From a virus: a stretch of DNA of 64,000 nucleotides. Location: the IMG/VR virus record IMGVR_UViG_3300045971_000354, positions 79,464 to 143,463 of that record, one strand, 5' to 3'. Positions 58,301-64,000 of the stretch are shown here, piece after piece. Made by a program: the position numbers and the translations under genes. The notes below the pieces were generated by a model. The model saw only the letters and a list, made by a program, of their open reading frames with translations, was not told where the DNA came from and did not search any database. Position 1 is the stretch's first letter. Each line of letters starts with the position of its first letter.

Positions 58301-60820
58301 GTCATTACACAAGAACACATCCATCTCACCATTTAACTTTGGTGGATTAAAGGTTGGGTCATTGTTAATAATTTTAACTGCCGCATCAATCATATCGTTT
58401 AAGATAACACTGGCTGAACTTTCTACAACATTAGATGCAAATAACTGGCTCACTGCAACTTTAATGTGATTAACAGCCGATGCACATTGTCCAGTTGTTA
58501 AACTAGGTACCTTTGCAATAAAGTCAGCACTTGTAATTACTTGTCCAGCACCGCCGTCTATCATGTCGTGCACTAAACTCTTTACAATTGTTCCAACATC
58601 ACGGCGGCATAACGATTCGCTGAATGTTGTACTACCATATGTGGTATTAATAAAATCAACAACTGACTGTTGAATAAATGCAGTTCCGGTAGTTAACACA
58701 GCCGCCGCATTGATCAAGCCACCTTTATTATCTTGAGTAATAAAAGTTTTCATCGTCATGTTAGGATTACGCAAGTAATGATAACCGAACGTAATTGGCT
58801 TGTAAATATGCCACTGTCCCGATGCAATAACTCCAATATCGGTTAGTGCAGTTCCGATGTCGACTGCAAAACCACCCGGCAATACCGCAGTGATAATACC
58901 TTGACCGCTATTTCCTGTAAACATGTATCCGACATAAGTTGTCGGTAACGTTCCGTTGCTAAGGGATACAGTAATAAATCCTGATACTGCACTAGGAGTA
59001 ACATTTGCGCTGACTAAAAATGTAGCGTAATCAGTAACTGTGCTTAACGCAGTAGTTTGTAATCTATCGATCTGTGCGTCTCTTCGAAAGTAAGTATTGG
59101 CCCAAATACTATTACTAATTCCCTTTGCTGGACGAATAATTACACGGCGGAATTCATCGCCTCTTATTGAAGTATTGTTTGATAACTTAATAGGAAGTTG
59201 TTCGTAGTATTCTCCAGACTCGACAACAAATGTAATCTGCAATGCGCTAACGTTTGTGTTGTATATAACAGATTCATTTGCAATAAAGTCACCTGAGTAT
59301 ACATGCCACTGGTCGGCAGGAATAGAAGGCCCCACAGCAAACGGAACATTATTCGGATATTCTACAATAACCGAATCGTAATATACTCCTGTTGTATCTG
59401 CAACAGAATTGACAGCAACAATAGTACCTACTTTGTTTGGCTGTGCTGGATCATACGGGTCTATGTAAAACTTATATCCTACCCAAAAATTCGGAATAGG
59501 AACCATTTTTGTATCGCTAAATGTAAAAGTTACTTGATGTGGTTTTGTTACATCTGCAATTGAAGTAGTAACCGGGGTATTAAAAGATACCCCGTAGTCA
59601 ACATATGCAATGGTGTAAATTTCTTGGCCGCCTTCTGTCGCAATGCCTTCAATTAAAGCAATTGCTTCACTTTCAACGCCTTGAATGTATTGGCCGGGGA
59701 AGATTGTAAACTTGCCTTTAGGGGCAGAACCGAACTGATTTGAGCCTTGATCGCCGGCAAAAAGTGCTAATCTTGCAAGGTTATTGCCGTAATAGTTATC
59801 GCTTACACTAATGACTGTGCAAGGAGTAGTTCCGGCAGTTCCGTAAGTTATTAATCTACTGTAGTCGCCTACTTCGATTTTGCTTACCGCAATTAATTGC
59901 TCGGCATATTCAGCTGCATGATTAATAGTGTTAAATGCATATTGCCAATTGCGCCCTCTTTTACTTGCGGGAGTATTAGGTTGGTAATCTGAACCTTTGG
60001 TAGAAATATGTAAATTGTTTTCGCTGAAATACGCATTATTGTCTACATATCCTTTTGTTGCAGCCTGTAAAGTAGGATCGCCTTCAATTGGATCACGAGA
60101 AAGCAATAATGGGCCAGTCATTGTTCCGTAGATAGCATTTCTTGCAATACCGTCAAGTGAAATTTTACTGTCAGCGTATTCTTTATTAACGATGTGAGTA
60201 GAACTAGTTGCGGTTGTTAGCAATCGAACATTATGACGTAATGTGCTACCTTCAACAATTACTGTTGCAGTTGTAGTCGCAGTATTGTTATTATCGACAA
60301 TGTATTGGCCATCGCGGTTTAGGAAATTATCATATAAGAACTTGCGGGTTACAAGATCTTGATCAGCAGTAGGGTTAGCAAATTGTATAGCCCTGAAGCT
60401 GCTAGTACCAGTCGAACCTACTAAATTTGCACCTAGTGTTGGATTCGGGTCAGTAACTAACGAGCTTGCAGCATTATTGATAGTATAAAAGCTGCCAGTT
60501 GACGTAATAGTAGGTATAATCGAAATACCGGTTCCACTTACTAGTGTGCTTGTTACAAGGTATGTTCCGCTACCGTTGTTTACAGTAGTAATAAATTGGT
60601 TGCCAGGGCCTAACGGCATTCCGCCAGTTTCGACGGGATACCCTGCAATGTTAAAGTCTTTTAGATCTCCGAATCTAAATTCCCCGCCTCCCGCATAATA
60701 CAACTCAGTAAAGTTTTGATTTACTTTTAAAAACGCTGTTCTTATACTATCACCGGTACCGTCATTTGATTGAGAACCGATTTGAATATGCTGTCTAGAT
60801 GAAGTATTAATTGTTGGCAT
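52331..60820 (-). CDS. Very large tail fibre/baseplate protein with C-terminal autocleavage chaperone domain
   Basis: Start MPTIN at 60820 (SD AGGA); NDGTGDSIR.AF.KVN.NF.ELY; ATKGYVD-type motifs; beta-helix-like region; C-terminal YADLAENY domain. Confidence 0.8.
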   Translation of the reverse strand: MPTINTSSRQHIQIGSQSNDGTGDSIRTAFLKVNQNFTELYYAGGGEFRFGDLKDFNIAGYPVETGGMPLGPGNQFITTVNNGSGTYLVTSTLVSGTGISIIPTITSTGSFYTINNAASSLVTDPNPTLGANLVGSTGTSSFRAIQFANPTADQDLVTRKFLYDNFLNRDGQYIVDNNNTATTTATVIVEGSTLRHNVRLLTTATSSTHIVNKEYADSKISLDGIARNAIYGTMTGPLLLSRDPIEGDPTLQAATKGYVDNNAYFSENNLHISTKGSDYQPNTPASKRGRNWQYAFNTINHAAEYAEQLIAVSKIEVGDYSRLITYGTAGTTPCTVISVSDNYYGNNLARLALFAGDQGSNQFGSAPKGKFTIFPGQYIQGVESEAIALIEGIATEGGQEIYTIAYVDYGVSFNTPVTTSIADVTKPHQVTFTFSDTKMVPIPNFWVGYKFYIDPYDPAQPNKVGTIVAVNSVADTTGVYYDSVIVEYPNNVPFAVGPSIPADQWHVYSGDFIANESVIYNTNVSALQITFVVESGEYYEQLPIKLSNNTSIRGDEFRRVIIRPAKGISNSIWANTYFRRDAQIDRLQTTALSTVTDYATFLVSANVTPSAVSGFITVSLSNGTLPTTYVGYMFTGNSGQGIITAVLPGGFAVDIGTALTDIGVIASGQWHIYKPITFGYHYLRNPNMTMKTFITQDNKGGLINAAAVLTTGTAFIQQSVVDFINTTYGSTTFSESLCRRDVGTIVKSLVHDMIDGGAGQVITSADFIAKVPSLTTGQCASAVNHIKVAVSQLFASNVVESSASVILNDMIDAAVKIINNDPTFNPPKLNGEMDVFLCNDANVIRYVSCQNHGGFMMVLDPVGQIKNKSPYTQTASSFSQSIAKHRFAGGMFIDGFAGNVIATPTASSYIADPLHVTVSGLRRKQQVPTFFTVRGIRYEVDFISNFTPAGVITYPDGSTVTDYSAILNLNPLSPGGIPNPVSVTDTIGGFRTAQSAIPIIIDQPSGIGGLAATGHATSDVSGKITSIVIDFPGTGYLVAPNISIGGAIFNNLTFTTGNGIASASIVNGGSGYAVGCRIEFLPINAFGAVAAYGVVTSVDVDGGITSFIINTPGSNWSVATQYQVVFGNMLITVPTPVSGFIDTVPAQFELITAGNRSMLANDFTQVNDLGYGIFATNGGFAENVSMFTYYNYRSYYSLNGAQMRTTTGSSCYGEYGLCAEGSDPNEVPLAVNITYPLTQIAKAYVYPPLFPATLGQASVYITIDPTNGGYPPMNGSQVEINHSGIIRTYSVGAATPATDVSNKIIPNVYQLFFNSGNISSGATTGLYASLRNNDTVIVRANTLVKLRGVNPSVISRPSTSLTYNDDPTYVYHITGFSTVQPDSSVFVYTLEDYNYITFQSTEQGVTYPTLTNTGSGYSSTVTVSIQLALAAPTSHTVSGDQGANTGGIQAVYLNTVAGIMIGQEVSGNSIITGTMVTYINSAINLVGISYPTSNISTGDGTITNGTSLTFTSVNPTAHASITSNGNIGAITIDSGGAGWISSTTAISITGNASINSPVKIAGIAGTSIIKINPLELLSANRIWSGLVSTPVRNYQFALGNQIYNIVGYRGQVETGQSWAEIDIDRPLVEDIGKGVILRAGFPINSAGAVTTRISLLRATGHDFVDIGTGGYADTRIPNDLYGPPINIPQQSHEVIETNKARVYYMTTDQDGNFRVGNALTVNQAKGSVSISVPLDISNLSSISLRRDLGPPVNEFSVDNTMVTEADYKVPTEQAVANYINRRLGLDRNGAIYAGAPLGPQFLDLRGLLEMKGTLNMGAGGNNISNLNTPRPTTYGYGRDAANKNYADLKLSLDGTFATDTDGTSHLTAQGEMSGPLQLYQDPENIVVTLKVNATSPTNYLILNNVNQLSTQGHIYGTNIPDGTIITGIDYPNSAIFISKYITGNLTFNTQFTVDPIIQAVTKRYVDKNKQFNQLSDVTLTNATNQDLVMFGPALVVNTSTNPPVYNAGTRLVNVANDVSTIVNTPTSRAGGSDLTITRTNNIATFKLVGGAGSSNPITDYHINNDAQIAQSKLFMNAAVTSASAPTGGQRAQQLSLGVAEFDSIMFTANNGWISLANATTIANGIIPSKHAYIPVGGGLLGATNTAADTAASYVSSATVQTWLQNISSAWSFSSNLNPNTDLAESLGTGVKRWGTVYANTAILNSGISLNTNATITTDVATANVFNTVATTVNAFGAATAVNIGAATGLTSVKNNLNVAGNTGITGTLGVTSDLSVNTNKFNVAAATGNTLVAGTLGVTGVATLSSTANITGDLNVNTNKFNVTAANGNTLVAGTLGVTGVTSLTSDLNIATNKFNVASATGNTLVAGTLGVTGVATLSSTANITGDLNIATNKFNVTAANGNTLVAGTLGVTGVATLSSTANITGDLNVNTNKFTVASASGNVNSLGTISGTSFNGSGSGLTSLSVPNSALQGSGTITFTGTSGTGNVALGGTLTFTSGNGVTLSYAAGTITVNTSQDLRTTASPSFTKLSITGGGVGAAAASALNITGDLTLARSATTGVLYLGSNGSQYVYYDGTNYNMPNGQLYVNGTQVVLNSGSWSISVTNAAHLFANVQDGLTNLTLGGFSGATGANATWYGGPSWTASTNYLASNISGVADFATNLYINELGIRTQAYTASVASTVVARDASQDIRCNVLHGTATAAQYADLAENYLADAVYEVGTVLEFGGELEITIAEDGTRRVAGVVSTNPAHLMNSALTGEFVTALALTGRVPVKVRGKVRKGDMMISAGGGFARASYSPVLGSVIGKALQNFDGVEGVIEVVVGRM
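53495..54030 (-). repeat. Tandem 102/120-bp repeats encoding DLN..TNKFNV.AA.GNTLVAGTLGVTGV units
   Basis: Four full units and one partial unit, near-identical at DNA level. Confidence 0.9.
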
Positions 60821-60840
60821 GAGTTTTCCTAACTTTAGAC

Positions 60841-60877
60841 TATTTACCAAGAATTTTTATAATCCTAATGTTAAATA
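60841..60877. promoter_or_regulatory. Divergent late promoter cores TAAATA (60841-60846 minus; 60872-60877 plus)
   Basis: Each lies just upstream of a divergently transcribed gene. Confidence 0.6.
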
Positions 60878-60881
60878 CTTG

Positions 60882-61169
60882 ATGCTACTGAAATTTAAGA
60901 AAGTAATTGCTGAACACACCAGAAAGAGTAAGTTAGGAAAAGAGCATACCTATATTAGAACACAAACGGTATGTGTATTCCGTTGTGATCAATGCAACGA
61001 AATTTTTGAAAGACAACAGTCAAAAATAGAGCCAAAGCGCAGAAGTAATACATACTTTCATGTTTGCTCTCAATGTGATAACAAACGATTTGCCCAAAAG
61101 AAAGGTGCTGAACGCAGGACAATATGGGATCGTCCCGCGAGCAGCACCGATGATATAAGTAAGATTTAA
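60882..61169 (+). CDS. Basic zinc-ribbon protein
   Basis: FRCDQC...HVCSQC; likely start MLLKF at 60882. Confidence 0.7.
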   Translation: MLLKFKKVIAEHTRKSKLGKEHTYIRTQTVCVFRCDQCNEIFERQQSKIEPKRRSNTYFHVCSQCDNKRFAQKKGAERRTIWDRPASSTDDISKI

Positions 61170-61987
61170 CTTAAAAAGAGTTGTTCAATTTCTTCTTTAA
61201 CTTCCGGATCTTGAATAATATCAAACGCTAAATTTCTATGTGCACTGATGATTAACGCTTCAGCAGCCGCTTGACTCATTCCCCGTGTTTGCAAATAGTA
61301 AATGCGATCCTGATCCATCGGTTCGGTTGCAGTTCCGCTGTTAACTCTAGAACTATCAGTGGCATTAACAATTTCAGGAACACTATGACATTTCCCACCG
61401 CCGAGGTTTAGATTGACATTTTCTACACCAATTTGCGATCTATGTGAATCTTTATGGACACTAACCATACCTTGAAATACAGTTTGACTACCTTTACCAG
61501 CTTCGCATGCAAAGAATTGATTGCTAACTGAATACGGTCCTTGATGATCTACTTTAGTAATAATTTCGCAATCACCGCCCACTGTATTTGCAGCATACCC
61601 AAATGCATTGAAGTTTCCACCTTCGTCAACGGTAACTTGAATAATGTGTTTGTTTAACTGGCCGCCTTTAATGAATAGCCCTAAATTCATCTGGCCGCCT
61701 TCGCGTATTCGAATATCGTAAATGAATACTTGTTGCAGCTTTTGTGATGCTTCGGTAAGTACTGTCATATCAAGTGTCGCATCTTCGCGAACATCAATAC
61801 GAATGTGTTTTGCTAGCATCTTCTTTTCAGTAGGGGTATGACGCAGAAATATCTTATCTATTTTACCCTGTGCTAGCTCGATCAGATTTGCGTCGATAAC
61901 TGTAAATTCTTTATCGAAATATTCTTCGGGCGTAAATGCCCAATCTGGATCGCCTCTGTTTGCTTTAAGAAAACTCTGGATAGCCAT
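61166..61987 (-). CDS. SufB/SufD-like beta-helix protein (short, diverged)
   Basis: VFQG.V.V...N.NL......HSVPEI...YYLQTRGM....A..LII; overlaps sufC. Confidence 0.75.
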   Translation of the reverse strand: MAIQSFLKANRGDPDWAFTPEEYFDKEFTVIDANLIELAQGKIDKIFLRHTPTEKKMLAKHIRIDVREDATLDMTVLTEASQKLQQVFIYDIRIREGGQMNLGLFIKGGQLNKHIIQVTVDEGGNFNAFGYAANTVGGDCEIITKVDHQGPYSVSNQFFACEAGKGSQTVFQGMVSVHKDSHRSQIGVENVNLNLGGGKCHSVPEIVNATDSSRVNSGTATEPMDQDRIYYLQTRGMSQAAAEALIISAHRNLAFDIIQDPEVKEEIEQLFLS

Positions 61988-62690
61988 CTTCTACGATCCT
62001 TGTATAAAGTTCTGTATCGCCTGATACTTTAATGGCCCCTTCGACCATTACATGTACATGCGTGGGTTTTAAAATGTCTAATAACTGTTTACTGTGTGTG
62101 ATAATTAATCCTGCTTTCCCTGACGTTGCTAAAAAATCTATTAGGACCGCAGCAACTAACATTAGTTCTGATTCTGATAACCCATCGTCGATCTCATCTA
62201 TTAAAACAAGATCTGGATCTAACAACATCATGTGAACTAGTTCGTTTCGTTTAGCTTCACCTAACAACATTTCAGACCCATTTGGGCTTCGTTCGCCGTG
62301 TGCTTCCCCAAGCCCCAATAGTTCGCAACACGTATTGTATTTAAGTTTTAAATCCTGAATTACTTCTTGTCGTACTTGAAAAATTTCATCCATTATTTCC
62401 CAATTTGTAATACCGTCATATTCCGGCGGGTATTGCATTGACACAAAAATTCCTAATTTGCTACGCTCATCGGGTTCTAAGTTTATGATCTTTTTCTTTT
62501 TAAAGGTTATTGATCCGTCAGTAATTGCAATGCCAGGATGGCCTGTAATTACATGTGCAAGAGCTGTCTTTCCACTGTGTTTTGGCCCCATGATTGCATG
62601 AAGCTCTCCTGGTTTGATATGTAGGTTTATATCTGTCAGCAGTGCATCATTCGAGTCGGACTGTGCCGATACATTTTTTATTTTAAGCAT
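61965..62690 (-). CDS. sufC: SufC-like ABC ATPase (diverged)
   Basis: GELHAIMGP..SGKT, PDER..LGIFV.MQYP, GE.KRNE, IDEID.GL, IITH, P.HVHVM..G.I. Confidence 0.8.
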   Translation of the reverse strand: MLKIKNVSAQSDSNDALLTDINLHIKPGELHAIMGPKHSGKTALAHVITGHPGIAITDGSITFKKKKIINLEPDERSKLGIFVSMQYPPEYDGITNWEIMDEIFQVRQEVIQDLKLKYNTCCELLGLGEAHGERSPNGSEMLLGEAKRNELVHMMLLDPDLVLIDEIDDGLSESELMLVAAVLIDFLATSGKAGLIITHSKQLLDILKPTHVHVMVEGAIKVSGDTELYTRIVEDGYPEFS

Positions 62691-62774
62691 GTTTTATTAT
62701 ACTACTTTAATTTTATCTTGCATAGGTATTTATAGGGTTAAATAAAGTACATACATTTTTCATAAAGGATTAAA

Positions 62775-63122
62775 ATGATTATTTTTCTTATTTTGCTTAT
62801 ATTAGCAGTGCTTGGCTGGCTTTTATTCTATTTTAGCAAGACGCCAGATGCACCGCATGCACATCATAAGCATACAGTTGATACTACTGAAATTTCTGTA
62901 GTTCCGCAACCCGAGGGATCGACTCTTCCTGTATCTAACTTTGTACCTGTGATCGAAGTTCCTGTTAAAAAGCCTCGAAAGCCACGTGCTCCTAAAGTTG
63001 TTGCAGTAATCGAGCCAGTAAAGAAACCGGCTGTAAAGAAACCGGCTGTAAAGAAACCGGCTGTAAAGAAACCGGCTGTAAAGAAACCGGCTGTAAAGAA
63101 ACCGGCAACTACGAAAAAGTAA
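62775..63122 (+). CDS. Membrane-anchored protein with histone H1-like KKPAV repeats
   Basis: N-terminal TM helix, SD AAGGA, TAAATA 62739-62744. Confidence 0.75.
   Translation: MIIFLILLILAVLGWLLFYFSKTPDAPHAHHKHTVDTTEISVVPQPEGSTLPVSNFVPVIEVPVKKPRKPRAPKVVAVIEPVKKPAVKKPAVKKPAVKKPAVKKPAVKKPATTKK
63021..63106 (+). repeat. Perfect 15-bp tandem repeat (AAGAAACCGGCTGTA), about 5.7 copies
   Basis: Directly visible; in frame, encodes KKPAV. Confidence 0.95.
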
Positions 63123-63284
63123 TTACCAGTGATGTATTACACCTGCTACAATAAACAGGTTAGTAATAATATACGTTAACACGATTATAGTTCGTACGCC
63201 GGCAATACAATTAGCTTCATTATCTGTATTGCCGGCTTTCTCACCTAATGCTTTGGCCCATATTCGCCAACTGTTATGTATCAT
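63123..63284 (-). CDS. 53-aa membrane protein (not in ORF track)
   Basis: MIHNSWRIWAKALGEKAG...VRTIIVLTYIITNLFIVAGVIHHW. Confidence 0.65.
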   Translation of the reverse strand: MIHNSWRIWAKALGEKAGNTDNEANCIAGVRTIIVLTYIITNLFIVAGVIHHW

Positions 63285-63441
63285 TTTTCTTATTGAGATG
63301 CACTGTACCGTCGGCGTTCACTGTCCAGACAAGAGTATCGCCTTCTACCCACCCAAGCTTTGCTAAAATTTCCGGAGTGAACGGGAGGATAAGATCGCCA
63401 GTTACTGGATCTTCTTCGAGTGTTGCAGTATATGAAATCAT
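63274..63441 (-). CDS. 55-aa AbrB/MazE-fold-like protein (not in ORF track)
   Basis: LEEDP.TGDLILPF..EIL..LGW.EGDTL.W; ATGA overlap with queD. Confidence 0.6.
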   Translation of the reverse strand: MISYTATLEEDPVTGDLILPFTPEILAKLGWVEGDTLVWTVNADGTVHLNKKNDT

Positions 63442-63926
63442 TGGTCAATAAACTCGTTATCTTCTCTGCGACCTTGTCGACCTGCCATATTGTTGTCAGT
63501 TTCACGAACTTCAACCCGAGTGCACCATACACGTTCTGCTTCTGCTTTCCCGCAGTTTGGTAGAAAGATTGTGTTAACGTATTCGTATAAAAAGTCAGCA
63601 ATGCCTTCGCATCCGGTCTTTTCAACTTCGGTAATCTTAGCAAGCTTTAATCGGCCAAGCTCTAGCAAGTGTTCACGCATTGGATCATCTTGCGCTACTA
63701 GCAATGTATGATCGAACCAATCTTCAAGTAATGCCTTTAGAGGTTTTAAGCCGCCAAAATCAGTAACCCAATTTCGTGCATCTAGTGTATCGGCTTCAAA
63801 TTCGAAGTGAAACGACATTGCATATCCGTGTATTAAGTTACAGTGAGAGTCGGCACGCCATTGTCGGTAAGCGACTGGCCCGATTTGCTTGTAAGTTTTT
63901 GTTGAGAAATATTTCTTTTGTGTCAT
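63438..63926 (-). CDS. queD: 6-carboxy-5,6,7,8-tetrahydropterin synthase
   Basis: SHC.LIHGY, WV.DFGGLK, FDHT.L, GCE.IA, VEVRE...N. Confidence 0.85.
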   Translation of the reverse strand: MTQKKYFSTKTYKQIGPVAYRQWRADSHCNLIHGYAMSFHFEFEADTLDARNWVTDFGGLKPLKALLEDWFDHTLLVAQDDPMREHLLELGRLKLAKITEVEKTGCEGIADFLYEYVNTIFLPNCGKAEAERVWCTRVEVRETDNNMAGRQGRREDNEFIDQ

Positions 63927-63927
63927 G

Positions 63928-64000
63928 TTAGTCTTTATATAAGTGTGGTTTTTGCGAAATGCGAAAGTTGATTCGTTCTATAACTATAGCATCATCTTCG
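63928..64000 (-). CDS. C-terminus of a gene truncated by window end, possibly DenV-like pyrimidine-dimer glycosylase
   Basis: ...EDDAIVIERINFRISQKPHLYKD resembles the T4 endonuclease V C-terminus (R...I.Q.P.WY); only 23 aa visible. Confidence 0.35.
   Translation of the reverse strand, partial: EDDAIVIERINFRISQKPHLYKD

Noticed and set aside
63021-63106. Possible CRISPR array
   Set aside because: Head-to-tail 15-bp repeats without spacers, in frame within a CDS; no cas genes.
1-64000. Stop-codon reassignment
   Set aside because: Long conserved genes translate intact with the standard code, and genes pack tightly with TAA, TGA and occasional TAG stops.
1-64000. tRNA or rRNA genes
   Set aside because: Intergenic gaps are short and the GGTTCGA-like matches I noticed lie inside CDSs without cloverleaf context; not confirmed by a tRNA scan.

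Overview
64-kb fragment of a large (jumbo-type) T4-like myovirus genome, AT-rich, standard genetic code, with most genes on the minus strand. The spanin pair and ClpA suggest a Gram-negative host. Contents: (i) fibre/baseplate proteins at both ends, three sharing a C-terminal autoproteolytic chaperone domain; (ii) replication genes (family B DNA polymerase, putative sliding clamp, clamp loader, RNase H-like 5' nuclease, DsbA/GapR-like protein, DnaE fragment); (iii) a 7-deazaguanine DNA-modification locus (queE, folE, dpdL-like, dpdA2-like; queD about 43 kb away; no queC in the window) interleaved with a GT-B glycosyltransferase, a truncated UDP-sugar dehydrogenase, a phosphoribosyltransferase, cupins and a HIT protein, which is a candidate pathway for a sugar-decorated deazaguanine; (iv) a 1885-aa multi-enzyme protein (zincin, Pol-beta-type nucleotidyltransferase, ligase-fold and HIGH nucleotidyltransferase domains) punctuated by putative prohead-protease sites; (v) auxiliary genes (dnaJ-def-clpA, phoH, groES, degenerate sufC/sufD, MoxR AAA+/VWA pair), holin and spanins, and four free-standing homing endonucleases. 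Regulation is readable from the sequence: near-consensus sigma70 promoters (several apparently leaderless), T4-like TAAATA late promoters, terminators, and candidate RNA elements in the leaders of folE, the DNA polymerase and the endonucleases. All calls come from motif recognition by eye; no database searches were run.
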